Of a DNA stretch of 64,000 nucleotides, positions 10,774 to 25,042 are shown one piece after another. The notes beneath the pieces were generated by a model. It worked only from the letters and a program-made list of their open reading frames with translations, searched no databases and was not told the origin of the DNA. The stretch spans positions 5,472,001 to 5,536,000 of the forward strand of contig OZ241917.1 in assembly GCA_965203805.1 (NCBI GenBank). The letters run 5' to 3'. The DNA comes from Candidatus Latescibacterota bacterium. GTDB lineage: Bacteria > Latescibacterota > UBA2968 > GCA-2709665. Position 1 is the first letter of the stretch; every line of letters starts with the position of its first letter. The translations under genes were made by a program, and so were the position numbers.

Positions 10774-10782
10774 TGTCGTTCG

Positions 10783-10809
10783 TTAGCACTCAACAACTCA
10801 GAGTGCTAA
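10783..10809 (+). promoter_or_regulatory. CIRCE element (HrcA operator)
   Basis: Perfect TTAGCACTC-N9-GAGTGCTAA upstream of groES. Confidence 0.97.
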
Positions 10810-10884
10810 CAACTGGCTGTTAAGCGCTTATAATCAATAAATCTAACGCCGATCCCGTCTCATTTCTTCAAGGAGGTAAGAGAC

Positions 10885-11181
10885 ATGGCAGTCAATGTGA
10901 AGCCGCTGGGAGATCGAGTGCTGGTCAGGCCCCAGGAAGAAGAAGAACAGGTGAAGGGGGGCATTATCATTCCGGACACTGCGAAAGAGAAGCCTCAGCG
11001 CGGTGAAATCGTTGCCGTCGGCGACGGCAAACTGGACGATTCCGGAAACAGAATTGCTCCGTCCGTGTCGTCCGGCGACGTCGTGCTTTACGGTAAATAT
11101 TCCGGCACCGAAGTGCGGCTGGACGACGAGGACCATCTCATCATGTCCGAGAGCGATATCCTGGCGATCATTGAAGACTGA
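10885..11181 (+). CDS. groES: Co-chaperonin GroES
   Basis: [23 protein letters not shown]. Confidence 0.99.
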   Translation: MAVNVKPLGDRVLVRPQEEEEQVKGGIIIPDTAKEKPQRGEIVAVGDGKLDDSGNRIAPSVSSGDVVLYGKYSGTEVRLDDEDHLIMSESDILAIIED

Positions 11182-11195
11182 GGCAGTTCCTGTAA

Positions 11196-12839
<1,644 letters not shown>

Positions 12840-12883
12840 CAACGCGCGGTCTCCGCTCCCCGCGCGGGAGCGCGGATAGCAAT

Positions 12884-12929
12884 AAAAAAAGAAACGCGCC
12901 CTGAACGTTCGGGGCGCGTTGCTTTTTTT
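12884..12929. terminator. Bidirectional intrinsic terminator between groEL and moeB
   Basis: A-run, AACGCGCCCTGAA/TTCGGGGCGCGTT stem, T-run between convergent genes. Confidence 0.85.
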
Positions 12930-12947
12930 AAATGAAAACCCGGCGCT

Positions 12948-14126
12948 TCAATCGTCCGCGGCGGCCTGCTCCGTCACGCCGCTGCAGAAAGCGACGTAGT
13001 CGATCAACTCGGTAATCTCCGGGTTGTCTCCGCAGACCGGGCAGGCGGGGTCGCGCCGGATCTTGAACGTGCGGAAACTCATGGCCAGCGCATCGTACAT
13101 AAGCAATCTGCCGATAAGCGGTTCGCCCTGACCGAGAATCAGCTTGACCACTTCGGTGGCCTGAATCAGGCCCACGGTTCCCGGAAGGACGCCCAGAACC
13201 CCCGCATCGGCGCACGACGGCGCCAGTTCGGCGGGCGGCGGTTCGGGGTAGAGGCACCGGTAGCAGGGCCCCTCCAGGTCGCAGGGATAGATGGTCACCT
13301 GGCCTTCGAAACGGAAAATGCTCCCGTCTACGATGGGTTTGCGCGCGAAAACGCAGGCGTCGTTCACCATATACCGCGTGGGGAAGTTGTCGCAGCCGTT
13401 CACCACGAGGTCGTAGTCCGAGATAATGTCCATCACGTTGTCGGAGTTGAGAAACTCCACATAGGGGACGACCTTGCAGCCGGGATTCAGGTCTTGCAGG
13501 GTCTCGCGCGCGGAGATGGCTTTCGGCCTGCCCAGGTCGGATGTGCCGTGCAGGATCTGACGCTGGAGATTGGTTACGTCCACCACGTCCGCGTCCACGA
13601 TCCCCAGGGTGCCAACGCCGGCCGCGGCGAGATAGTAGGCTGCCGGGCAGCCGAGTCCACCGGCGCCGACCAACAGCACCTTCGCGTCCAGCAGCTTTCC
13701 CTGGCCCTTTTCGCCCACTTCGGGGACCAGGAGATGCCTCGAGTAACGTTGGACCTCGGCTTTGCTGAGCGCTCTGTCGCGCTGAACCGGAAAGCCCGCC
13801 TCCACCCAGGCGTCGTAGCCGCCCTCCAGGTAAACGACGTTGTCATACCCCATGTTTATCAGGTCACGCGCCGCAAGCGGTCCCTGGTTTTCGTCGCCGT
13901 AAACGAGGATGGCGGTTGAGCGGTCATTCGCCACGGTCTCGATGCGCAGTTCGAGAAATCCTCTGGAGAGGTTTTCCGCGCCGCGGATATAACCCTCGGC
14001 GTAGTCCTCACGTTCACGGACGTCCAGAAGCAGCACGCTGTCCATCCGCTCCCGCGCGTCTTCCGGTGAAATGCCCCGGACCTCGCTCCTGACGTTCACC
14101 ATTAGCGATTCAAATGCCGCAATCAT
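12948..14126 (-). CDS. moeB: Rhodanese + ThiF/MoeB adenylyltransferase (MoeZ-like)
   Basis: N-terminal rhodanese fold (LDVRE, LEGGY.AW); RYSRH, GAGGLG, NLQRQ, CYRC/CPVC zinc sites. Confidence 0.9.
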   Translation of the reverse strand: MIAAFESLMVNVRSEVRGISPEDARERMDSVLLLDVREREDYAEGYIRGAENLSRGFLELRIETVANDRSTAILVYGDENQGPLAARDLINMGYDNVVYLEGGYDAWVEAGFPVQRDRALSKAEVQRYSRHLLVPEVGEKGQGKLLDAKVLLVGAGGLGCPAAYYLAAAGVGTLGIVDADVVDVTNLQRQILHGTSDLGRPKAISARETLQDLNPGCKVVPYVEFLNSDNVMDIISDYDLVVNGCDNFPTRYMVNDACVFARKPIVDGSIFRFEGQVTIYPCDLEGPCYRCLYPEPPPAELAPSCADAGVLGVLPGTVGLIQATEVVKLILGQGEPLIGRLLMYDALAMSFRTFKIRRDPACPVCGDNPEITELIDYVAFCSGVTEQAAADD

Positions 14127-14263
14127 AAGATCCCCCTGGTGCAAAGAGGTTGTCATCACGTACCCGTAATGTATCCAATTCCGGCCCTGAAGGCAAAATT
14201 AATGTCGGCGTTCAGGAATTACGTCATCTGAATATCGCCGGACATCAGGGTCCGTCCTGGAGT

Positions 14264-15082
14264 TCACGAAATGGTAATCCTGGGTCCCGGCTGTTCGAAG
14301 GCGTCGATCGGGTCCACGATCTTCCTCGCGATCTCGAGGAAGGTCCGGGCCACATCGGTTTTCCCCGCCGCGATCGGGTCGCCGGCGTCGCCGCCTTCGC
14401 GAATGGCCGGAAGGATGGGCAGTTGACCGAGCAGCGGGATGTTGAAGGCCTGGGCGATCCGATCGCCGCCGCCCGTGCCGAAGATGGCCGCGGTTTCGCC
14501 GCAGCAGGGACATGCGAATACGCTCATGTTTTCCACGGCGCCCAGAACGGGCACGTCCACTTTGCGGAACATCTCCACGCTTCGCGTTACGTCTTCCAGC
14601 GCAACGTCCTGCGGCGTGGTGACGATCACCGCACCGCTGAGCGGAACGGTCTGGGCGAGGGTGAGCTGGGCGTCGCCGGTTCCGGGCGGAAGATCGACAA
14701 CGAGGAAATCCAGCGCGCCCCAGGCAACGTCGGACATGAACTGCTGGATCATCTTTCCCACGATGGGGCCTCGCCAGATCACGGGGGTGTCCTCGCCCGC
14801 GATGAGTCCGAGAGACATCAGTTTGACCCCGTGTTTTTCGAGAGGGATAATCTTGCCGCCCACTGCCCGCGGCTGTTCGGTCGCGCCCAGCATCATCGGG
14901 ACATTGGGCCCGTAGATGTCGGCGTCGAGCAGGCCGACGGTCTGCCCCATGCGCGCCAGGGCGACCGAGAGGTTCACGCTGACGGTGGTCTTGCCCACAC
15001 CTCCCTTGCCGCTGGAAACGGCCACGATATGCTCGACGTCGGGAATGGGGCGCGGTTTCGGCATGCCGGGTGGCATTTGCAT
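14264..15082 (-). CDS. mrp: Mrp/NBP35 Fe-S carrier ATPase
   Basis: SGKGGVGKTT, DADIYGP, DLPPGTGD, ENMS..CPCC. Confidence 0.93.
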   Translation of the reverse strand: MQMPPGMPKPRPIPDVEHIVAVSSGKGGVGKTTVSVNLSVALARMGQTVGLLDADIYGPNVPMMLGATEQPRAVGGKIIPLEKHGVKLMSLGLIAGEDTPVIWRGPIVGKMIQQFMSDVAWGALDFLVVDLPPGTGDAQLTLAQTVPLSGAVIVTTPQDVALEDVTRSVEMFRKVDVPVLGAVENMSVFACPCCGETAAIFGTGGGDRIAQAFNIPLLGQLPILPAIREGGDAGDPIAAGKTDVARTFLEIARKIVDPIDAFEQPGPRITIS

Positions 15083-15136
15083 GGATTCGTTCCTTGACGT
15101 GTGTTGCGTGGTTTGGGGTCTGTATGACCGGGCGCG

Positions 15137-16315
15137 CTACATGCGGCGCTGACCTGTATTGACGTAAGGTGAGATCTCCCGCAGCCGTTCGACTTCGCCG
15201 ATGACCCGTCCCGCCACGTGGTCGATCTCGGCTTCGACGTTGAATCTTCCAATCCCGAACCGGATGCTGCTTTCGGCCAGACGGTTCGAAACCCCCAGCG
15301 CCCGCAGCACGTAGGAGGGTTCCAGCGCCGCCGAGGTGCAGGCGGATCCGGAAGAGAGCGCGATCTCATTCAGGCCCACCATGAGGCTCTCGCCATCCAC
15401 GCCTTCGAAGCTGAGGTTCAGGTTTCCATCCAGTCGCTCCGTCGGATGTCCATTGAGGAAGACGTCGTCGAGTCCGTCGAACAGACGGGTCTTCAGTCGC
15501 TCGCGCAATCCCCGGAGCCGGGCGCCTTCAGAGGCCATTTCCGCGCCCGCAAGTTCGCAGGCCGCCCCGAGGCCGACGATACCCGGCACGTTCAGCGTGC
15601 CGGAGCGCATGCCCCGTTCGTGGCCGCCGCCGTCGATTTCCGCCACGAGACGCACGCGGGGCCGGCCGCGAACGTAGAGGGCGCCCACGCCCTTGGGGCC
15701 GTACAGCTTGTGGGCGGATATCGAGAGCAGGTCGATGCCGAGGGCCTGCACGTCGATGGGCAGCTTGCCCACGGCCTGAGCGGCGTCGCAGTGGAAGAGG
15801 ATGTTCCGTTCCCTGCAGATGGCGCCGATCTCGTCCAGGGGCTGCACGGTGCCGATCTCGTTGTTGGCCGCCATAACGGAGACGAGCAATGTGTTATCGC
15901 CGATCTCGTCCGAGACGGCTTCCGAATCGACGCGTCCGTAACGGTCTACCGGCAGGACGGAAACGTCGAAACCACGCCGTTCCAGCGCTTTGCACGAATC
16001 GAGGACGGCGTGGTGTTCGGTGGCCTGGGTGATGATGTGCCCGCCTTTCTCACCGCACACGGAAGCCACGCCCTTGATGGCCAGGTTGTCGGACTCCGTC
16101 GCGCCGCTGGTGAAGACGATATCCCTCGCGTCGGCGCGAATCAGGTCCGCAATCTGCTCCCGGGCCCGGTCCACCGCGGTTTCAGCGGCCCACCCGAAGC
16201 TGTGGGTACGGCTGGCCGCATTGCCGAAATCCGCCTTGAAATAGGGCATCATCTCGTCCAGTACCCTTGGGTCGACCGGCGTCGTGGCCTGGTTATCCAT
16301 ATATATGGGCGTCAT
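15137..16315 (-). CDS. iscS: Cysteine desulfurase
   Basis: [25 protein letters not shown]. Confidence 0.93.
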   Translation of the reverse strand: MTPIYMDNQATTPVDPRVLDEMMPYFKADFGNAASRTHSFGWAAETAVDRAREQIADLIRADARDIVFTSGATESDNLAIKGVASVCGEKGGHIITQATEHHAVLDSCKALERRGFDVSVLPVDRYGRVDSEAVSDEIGDNTLLVSVMAANNEIGTVQPLDEIGAICRERNILFHCDAAQAVGKLPIDVQALGIDLLSISAHKLYGPKGVGALYVRGRPRVRLVAEIDGGGHERGMRSGTLNVPGIVGLGAACELAGAEMASEGARLRGLRERLKTRLFDGLDDVFLNGHPTERLDGNLNLSFEGVDGESLMVGLNEIALSSGSACTSAALEPSYVLRALGVSNRLAESSIRFGIGRFNVEAEIDHVAGRVIGEVERLREISPYVNTGQRRM

Positions 16316-16341
16316 AGCGGTAACGATCGGGATCGGACTTC

Positions 16342-16596
16342 GGTGAGACGTGAGCCGGTAGACGACAAATGAAAGACCCGAAAGCGGTGAGACGGTAGAC
16401 GGGAGATGAAGACATTTACAGCAGTGTTTCTACATAAACCGTGCCTGTATATTTACCGTTATCGTAACGACTAGAAAAACCTTAGAGCACTCACGGTATC
16501 TCACGTCTCCCGTCTCACCGCTCACCAGGGGAGGGTGGCCGGGTGCGGTTTGAACTTGACTCAAGCTGACGGCTGAGAGCTGAAAGCTATTGGCTG
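16342..16596. repeat. Heptamer-armed intergenic repeat, copy A
   Basis: GNNAGAC heptamer arm; inverted arm 16498-16521 (22/24 complementary); core shared with 27514-27589; TTGACTCAA+GCTGANN tail. Confidence 0.85.
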
Positions 16597-16599
16597 CCT

Positions 16600-17532
16600 T
16601 TAATCGCCTTCAAAAAGCGCTGTGACAAACGCTCCCGGTTCGAAGTCGCTCAGATCGTCCTGACCCTCGCCCAGGCCGACCATGCAGACCGGGAGACCGA
16701 GTTCGTCGGCAATCGCAATGACAACGCCGCCTTTGGCCGTTCCGTCCAGTTTGGCCAGAACCAGGCCGGTAATGCCGATGTCCGCGTGAAACCGCCTGGC
16801 CTGGGCCACGGCGTTCTGTCCGGTGGTCGCGTCCAGAACCAGCAGGGTCTCGTGCGGGGCGCCGGGGACGCATTTTCCCAGGACGCGGCGAATTTTCTTG
16901 AGTTCCTCCATCAGATTGACGCTGGTGTGGAGCCGCCCCGCGGTATCGATGATGACAATGTCCATGTCGCGGGACCGGGCGGCGGAAAGGGCGTCGAACG
17001 CCACGGAGGCGGCGTCCGCGCCCGGCCGATGGCGAACGATGTCGGCGCCGGAACGTTCGGCCCAGATCGTAAGCTGATCGATTGCGGCGGCACGGAACGT
17101 ATCGCATGCGGCCAGAAGCACCCGCCGGCCCCTCGCGCCGTACCGGCAGGCCAGCTTTCCGATCGTGGTCGTCTTTCCCGATCCGTTGACACCGGCCACC
17201 AGGATGACGTGCGGCCTGGTCCGGGGAGGTATCGGGGAAGCGGGTTGCGCGGTCCGGAGGATGCCCATCAGTTCGGTTTCGAGCCGGCCGCGGACCCAGT
17301 CTTCCGCCCCTTCCGGCGCAGGTCCTTCCCGCAGGCGCTCGCGAAGACGGTCGATGATCCGCAGCGTGGCGTTCACACCCACGTCTGACCGGATGAGGAT
17401 TTCTTCGATCTCCTCGAGGGTTTCTTCGTCCAGTTTCGGGTTTCGGCGCAGAACCTCGGTGATTCTCCCTGACAGCCCTTCCCGGGTCTTTGAGAGACCC
17501 TTTTTGAATTTTTCCAGAAAATTTCCGAGCAT
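16600..17532 (-). CDS. ftsY: SRP receptor FtsY
   Basis: GVNGSGKTTTIGKLA, DTFRAAA, DTAGR, KLDGTAKGG. Confidence 0.97.
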   Translation of the reverse strand: MLGNFLEKFKKGLSKTREGLSGRITEVLRRNPKLDEETLEEIEEILIRSDVGVNATLRIIDRLRERLREGPAPEGAEDWVRGRLETELMGILRTAQPASPIPPRTRPHVILVAGVNGSGKTTTIGKLACRYGARGRRVLLAACDTFRAAAIDQLTIWAERSGADIVRHRPGADAASVAFDALSAARSRDMDIVIIDTAGRLHTSVNLMEELKKIRRVLGKCVPGAPHETLLVLDATTGQNAVAQARRFHADIGITGLVLAKLDGTAKGGVVIAIADELGLPVCMVGLGEGQDDLSDFEPGAFVTALFEGD

Positions 17533-17581
17533 TGTTGCCGCGGGCTCCTCGTGTACGCCATGGAGACGGGAGAACCAGACA

Positions 17582-17603
17582 GGGGCACGGCGCGCCGTGC
17601 CCC
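17582..17603. repeat. REP-like GC palindrome
   Basis: GGGGCACGGC-GC-GCCGTGCCCC between parB and ftsY. Confidence 0.5.
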
Positions 17604-17633
17604 CGGGGCGTAGTTGACGGTGGGGTTCGTCCG

Positions 17634-18539
17634 TCAGTAAGACGATTCCCGGAGGAGGTCCAGGATGCGTTCCAGATCGTCGTCGGTGTAGAACTCGATT
17701 TCGATTCTTCCCTTCTTCCCCCGGCGGTTGATGTTCACCCCCGTCCCGAAACGACGCTGAAGGTCTTCTTCCAGCGAGAGGGTCTGGGGGTCCTTTCCCG
17801 CGGGACCGGCCCCGGGCGGTTTCCGGCGACCTGTTCTTCCGGCTTTGACAAGGGTTTCAACCTGTCTCACGGAAAGGCCGTCGGCGATGATTTTCCTGCA
17901 GAGATTCACCTGGAGACGATCGTCGGCCAGGCCCAGCAGCGCGCGGGCGTGGCCCATGGAAATCTGGTTGTCCTTCAGGGCGTTTCTGACTTCCTCCGAG
18001 AGGTGGAGAAGACGCAGCGTATTGGTCACGGTGGACCGGTTCTTGCCGACTTTCCGCGCCACCTCTTCCTGAGTCAGGAAACAGGTCTCCATCAGCGCCC
18101 TGTACGCTCTGGCTTCTTCAATCGGATTCAGATCCTCCCGCTGCACGTTCTCGATCAGTGAGATTTCCATCATTTCCTGATCGGACCCCACCTCCAGCAG
18201 GATGGCGGGGACGGTCGCCAGGCCGGCCTTCTTCGCGGCGCGGAGTCGGCGCTCGCCCGCGATGAGCTGGTAGGTCGACCCGTAGCTCCGGGCGACGACG
18301 GGCTGGATGACCCCTTTTTCCCGGATCGAGTCCGCCAGTTCCTGTACGGCATCCGGATCGAACTCGGCACGTGGCTGGTGCGTGTTGGGCTCGAGATCTC
18401 CGATGTCGATCTCGAGCACCCGCGCCCCCGGATGGAGATCGCCCGTATCCGTTGAACCCGCTGTCCGGTCCGGGGCGGATTCGTCGGCGCCGGGGATCAG
18501 CGCGCCCAGGCCTCTGCCCAGGACGTTACGCTTTGCCAT
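17634..18539 (-). CDS. parB: Chromosome partitioning protein ParB/Spo0J
   Basis: LGRGLGAL, QPR, IAGERRLRA, ENVQREDL, HTH. Confidence 0.96.
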   Translation of the reverse strand: MAKRNVLGRGLGALIPGADESAPDRTAGSTDTGDLHPGARVLEIDIGDLEPNTHQPRAEFDPDAVQELADSIREKGVIQPVVARSYGSTYQLIAGERRLRAAKKAGLATVPAILLEVGSDQEMMEISLIENVQREDLNPIEEARAYRALMETCFLTQEEVARKVGKNRSTVTNTLRLLHLSEEVRNALKDNQISMGHARALLGLADDRLQVNLCRKIIADGLSVRQVETLVKAGRTGRRKPPGAGPAGKDPQTLSLEEDLQRRFGTGVNINRRGKKGRIEIEFYTDDDLERILDLLRESSY

Positions 18540-19293
18540 GGTTGATGACCTCCCCGGCCAGGCTCATGTAATTTCGCGCCCCTTGAGACATAATATCATA
18601 AAGGATAATGGGTTTGCCGAAACTGGGCGCCTCGCCGAGTTTGACGTTTCGGCCGATGATCGTGTTGTATACCCGCGTTCCGAAGTGGTGCCGGGCCTCA
18701 TCCACAACCTGACGGGAGAGATTCAGCCGGGTATCGAACATCGTGAGCAGCACGCCTTCGATACTGAGCGGCGGATTCAGTTGGCGCTGGACCAGCCGCA
18801 GCGTATTCAACAGCTTGCCGACGCCCTCCAGCGCATAGTATTCGCACTGAATGGGAATGAGGACGGAACCGGCAGCGGTAAGTGCATTGAGCGTCAGCAA
18901 CCCCAGGGAGGGCGGACAATCGATCAAGAGGAAATCGTAGTTTTCGCCTGCGCCTTCCAGCGCGACCCTGAGGCGGTGTTCCCGGGCGCCGAGGTTGACC
19001 ATTTCGACTTCGGCGCCGGTGAGGCGCACATGCGACGGCGCCACGTTCAGGAAGGGAATCTCGGTTTCCCGGGTGATGTCGGAAAGCGGAACCTCCTGGA
19101 CGAGTACCTCGTAGATGCAGGGTTCTTCTCGCGCCACGGACACGCCGAAGCTGCTGGTGGCGTTGGACTGCGGATCCAGGTCGACGAGCAGCGTCTTCTT
19201 TTCCGCAGCCGCCAAGCAGGCGGACAGGTTGACCGCGGTTGTGGTCTTACCGACGCCGCCTTTCTGGTTGGCAATGGCAATGATTCTTGGCAT
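18526..19293 (-). CDS. parA: Chromosome partitioning ATPase ParA/Soj
   Basis: NQKGGVGKTTT, DLDPQ, DCPPSLG, QCEYYALEG. Confidence 0.96.
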   Translation of the reverse strand: MPRIIAIANQKGGVGKTTTAVNLSACLAAAEKKTLLVDLDPQSNATSSFGVSVAREEPCIYEVLVQEVPLSDITRETEIPFLNVAPSHVRLTGAEVEMVNLGAREHRLRVALEGAGENYDFLLIDCPPSLGLLTLNALTAAGSVLIPIQCEYYALEGVGKLLNTLRLVQRQLNPPLSIEGVLLTMFDTRLNLSRQVVDEARHHFGTRVYNTIIGRNVKLGEAPSFGKPIILYDIMSQGARNYMSLAGEVINHGKA

Positions 19294-19322
19294 AGATGGA
19301 AAACCCGGGGCGGCGTACCCGG

Positions 19323-21977
<2,655 letters not shown>

Positions 21978-21997
21978 GTTGTTCCTCGTATTGGATG

Positions 21998-23233
21998 TCA
22001 GGGGTTCCGTCCGATGGCGGTTCCCTGGCCCTTATCGGCCGTGTTGGCGCTTCCGGATGACGTGGTGATCACCGTGTCTGACGCGGTCTGGCCGGGCGAG
22101 ACGGGTTGTGCCTGGCCTCGTCCGCCTGGATCCCGGGATTCCTCGCGACTGGCCCGGACCACGTTGCGGTCTTCAATATTGAGGAGGGTCTTGAGGATGC
22201 TTCGCCTGCCCACAATGATCCGCAGGTCCGCCGTGGAGCCGTATTTGAGTGGTAGAGGGGTTTCCAGAATGCGGATTTCCAACTCGAACGTACGGACGCC
22301 GCCGCCGTGAACCGCGTATCCGTAGAACCTGGAGATTTCACCGGCGCCTATGAATTCTTCGCGGTCGGTGAAGAGATTGCTGAGGATTTCGACGGGGTGT
22401 CCGAGGCGGATCTTCCAGGCGTTGGTTTCCGGAACCCAGGCGTCGATTGTGTCGTCCCCGCCTTCGCCGGCGATGATGAGTACGATCTGCCCCTGTTCGG
22501 CCAGCATGCCCGGATGCAGGTCCCGCCTGGCCACAACACCGTTAACGGGGGACCTCATGGTGGTCAGCTCAAGGCTCTCGCGGGCGCCCTTGAGGCTGCT
22601 GCGGGCTTTCGCGAGCGCCGCGTTGGCCCGGCGGACTTCCGCCGCAGCCTGTCGAAGCTCGGATGGCGACGCGCCGCGTCGGGTGAGGCTCAAAACCTCG
22701 GATGCGACTTTCAGATTGGTTTCGGCGAGTTGATGGTTGGTTTTCGCGCGCTCGAGCTCCTCGACGCTCCAGAGGCGCTCGCCCAGGTAGAGGTGCTCGG
22801 CGCGTTGCAGTTCCTGCTTGCGGGCTTTCAGCGCAATCTGTGCCTGCTCGACCCGGGATTCCGCGATTTTCAGCGCTTCAGCCGTGGGCTTTTCTTCCAG
22901 AAGCGCCAGGTTCGCCCGGGCGTGTTCCAGATTGGCATCACTGCGCTGGACCTCCTTCCCGGCCGCATCGACGGCGGACACGAGGTCGCCGTTGTAGAGC
23001 TGTACGACCGGCTGACCGGCCTTCACCTGCGTTCCGGCCTCGCAGTGGATGGCTTCGATTACCCGCTTGAGCGGAGAGTCCACATAGATCTTCTTCCCAG
23101 GCTCCACGATGCCCTGGGCCATGACGACGTCGTCTATTTTAATCAGCGACAGCGTAAGAATTACAGCCGCCAGCACGCCCCCGATCCACAAAAACCACTT
23201 CAGCACGCGGTGCTTGCGTCGCCTGCGCATCAT
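21998..23233 (-). CDS. HlyD-family membrane fusion protein
   Basis: N-terminal TM anchor, lipoyl half-motifs (G..V..GQP; RSPVNGVV), long coiled hairpin. Confidence 0.85.
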   Translation of the reverse strand: MMRRRRKHRVLKWFLWIGGVLAAVILTLSLIKIDDVVMAQGIVEPGKKIYVDSPLKRVIEAIHCEAGTQVKAGQPVVQLYNGDLVSAVDAAGKEVQRSDANLEHARANLALLEEKPTAEALKIAESRVEQAQIALKARKQELQRAEHLYLGERLWSVEELERAKTNHQLAETNLKVASEVLSLTRRGASPSELRQAAAEVRRANAALAKARSSLKGARESLELTTMRSPVNGVVARRDLHPGMLAEQGQIVLIIAGEGGDDTIDAWVPETNAWKIRLGHPVEILSNLFTDREEFIGAGEISRFYGYAVHGGGVRTFELEIRILETPLPLKYGSTADLRIIVGRRSILKTLLNIEDRNVVRASREESRDPGGRGQAQPVSPGQTASDTVITTSSGSANTADKGQGTAIGRNP

Positions 23234-23250
23234 TACCGAAACCCTTTTTC

Positions 23251-23279
23251 TTGACAGGGGAGAACGGCTTGTCTATATT
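23251..23279 (+). promoter_or_regulatory. Sigma70 promoter of tRNA-Lys
   Basis: TTGACA-N17-TATATT about 55 nt upstream of the tRNA. Confidence 0.7.
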
Positions 23280-23333
23280 CATCACTTTGCCTGATCGCGT
23301 AGCGGTTTTTGGCGCGTGGTCCGGGTGCGGAAT

Positions 23334-23405
23334 GGGCCCGTAGCTCAGGGGTAGAGCAGCGGCCTTTTAAGCCGTTGGTCGAAGGTTCAAATCCTTCCGG
23401 GCTCA
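23334..23405 (+). tRNA. tRNA-Lys (anticodon TTT), CCA not encoded
   Basis: Acceptor GGGCCCG/CGGGCTC-A; D arm TAGCTCAG..GGTAGAGC; anticodon loop CTTTTAA; T loop GGTTCAAATCC. Confidence 0.96.
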
Positions 23406-23443
23406 TTTAACTATCTTAAAATAAACTACTTGCTATTATAAAA

Positions 23444-23473
23444 GGCCCGGATCGCAACCGATCGGGCTTTTTT
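23444..23473 (+). terminator. Terminator after tRNA-Lys
   Basis: GGCCCG-GATCG/CGATCGGGC stem followed by T-run. Confidence 0.7.
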
Positions 23474-23672
23474 GTTTCCTGTTTCGGAAGGTTCCACGAT
23501 TTCGCGAAACGCCGGCGATATTTAGTCTTACAAGGTATCATATCAGATTTCAAAAGTCAAGGCGATTCCAATTTTCGATCGCGCCGGTTCGGACCGTCTC
23601 CTTCCCTAAATCCGGCGCTCCGGACGATTGCAATATTGAATTTATGACTTGACAGGGCGAGATGTTTTCGTT

Positions 23673-23697
23673 ATTCTTGACTAACTTGATTGACAAT
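23673..23697 (+). promoter_or_regulatory. Candidate Rrf2-family operator upstream of cysH
   Basis: ATTCTTGACTAACTTGATTGACAAT resembles IscR type-1/Rrf2 boxes; overlaps AT-rich promoter-like sequence. Confidence 0.45.
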
Positions 23698-23740
23698 ATA
23701 ATAAATGTCGCCGGAAGAGGATCTGCAGCATAGGATTTGC

Positions 23741-24490
23741 ATGCGTATCGACCAGCAGGACATCGACAGTTTCGCCGGCGCATTGGATGGCGCGCAGCCG
23801 GAGCAAGTTCTGGAGTGGGCCTGGCGGAACCTGGGTCCCGCCGTCGCGATGAGCACGGCATTCGGGCCCAGTGGCGTGGTGCTAATCGACATGGCGCAAA
23901 GGGTGGTCCCGAAACTGCCTGTTTTCACCATCGACACCGGATATCTGTTTGCTGAAACGCTGGCGCTGAAAGAGCGCATCGAGGCGCGTTTCGACATTCA
24001 GATCGAGTTTTTGCGCCCTCGCTTGAGCGTGCCCGAACAGGATCGCGCCTGCGGCCCCGATCTTCACAACAGGGATCCGGACCGCTGTTGCGCGATGCGC
24101 AAGGTGGAACCGCTGCAGCGGAAACTGGCAGGCCTGAACGGCTGGATCGCAGGTCTCAGGAGAGATCAATCCGGAACGCGCGCGGGCGTACGCGTCGTGG
24201 AAGCCTACCGGACCAGCGGGGGACGTGCCGTGGCCAAGGTAAACCCGCTTGCCGCCTGGACCCGGAAGCAGGTCTGGGATTACGTCATTGAAAACGGTCT
24301 GCCGTACAATTCACTCATGGATCAGGGCTATTCCAGCATCGGCTGCTGGCCGTGTACCCGGCCGGCAGCGCCCGGCGCAGACGAACGCGCGGGCCGCTGG
24401 GCGGGCACGTCCAAAACGGAATGCGGGATGCACGCGCCGCTGATCGATGTCGAGATTCCGGAGGTGGAAGGGCAACTGGCGGCGGGATAA
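23741..24490 (+). CDS. cysH: APS/PAPS reductase (Fe-S cluster, APS-reductase type)
   Basis: TIDTGYLFAET, CC..RKVEPL, GLRRDQ, SIGCWPCT, ECGMH. Confidence 0.93.
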   Translation: MRIDQQDIDSFAGALDGAQPEQVLEWAWRNLGPAVAMSTAFGPSGVVLIDMAQRVVPKLPVFTIDTGYLFAETLALKERIEARFDIQIEFLRPRLSVPEQDRACGPDLHNRDPDRCCAMRKVEPLQRKLAGLNGWIAGLRRDQSGTRAGVRVVEAYRTSGGRAVAKVNPLAAWTRKQVWDYVIENGLPYNSLMDQGYSSIGCWPCTRPAAPGADERAGRWAGTSKTECGMHAPLIDVEIPEVEGQLAAG

Positions 24491-24626
24491 ACGGGACCGG
24501 GCGGACAGACGGACGTTAATCGAACTGAATCTTCATCGGCGGCAGCGAACACGGCTTCCGCCGATGTTGTTTGCGGACCTAATCTGTTCCTCCACCGAAT
24601 CTGTACGGGCAACACCTGTGGTTGCC

Positions 24627-24906
24627 AAAAAGCGGTGAGACGGTAGACGTTAGACGGGAGATGACGTCCTTGCCCGATCGGTTCTTCCTTTATGCCATCG
24701 GCAAGAAAGGAAACCTCACAGGGCAATCACATCTTCTACCGTCTCCCCTCGACCCTCTCACTGCCTTTATGACACTTATATCAACTCCCGTCTTACGTCT
24801 TTCCGCTCTCCCGGGAGCGAGGGCATCCTGCCCTCGACGCGCCCATTCGAAGCCTGTCGTTTAAGGGCGCAGACGTCTGTGGATTGGGCTCTTGATTCAA
24901 GCTGAC
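24627..24906. repeat. Heptamer-armed intergenic repeat, copy B
   Basis: 24633-24800 aligns without gaps to 48183-48350 (142/168 by hand count); TTGATTCAAGCTGAC tail. Confidence 0.88.
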
Positions 24907-25042
24907 TACTGGCGGGCCAGGCTGATGCAAATTGGTGGAATTCTAGCCACGAAAAGACTCCCGCTCCAGTACGAGGCGGGCGGGAGGAGAAGACATGAAA
25001 GCGATTGCAGCGTCGCTCTTTCGTGACGGCACGACAGTAAAT

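Noticed and set aside
16342-16596. Heptamer repeat tracts as a CRISPR array
   Set aside because: Units are 7 nt and tandem, with no 23-47 nt repeats separated by unique spacers, and no cas genes are in the window.
17634-19293. Replication origin or parS near parAB
   Set aside because: No TGTTTCACGTGAAACA-like site, DnaA-box cluster or dnaA/gidAB noticed.
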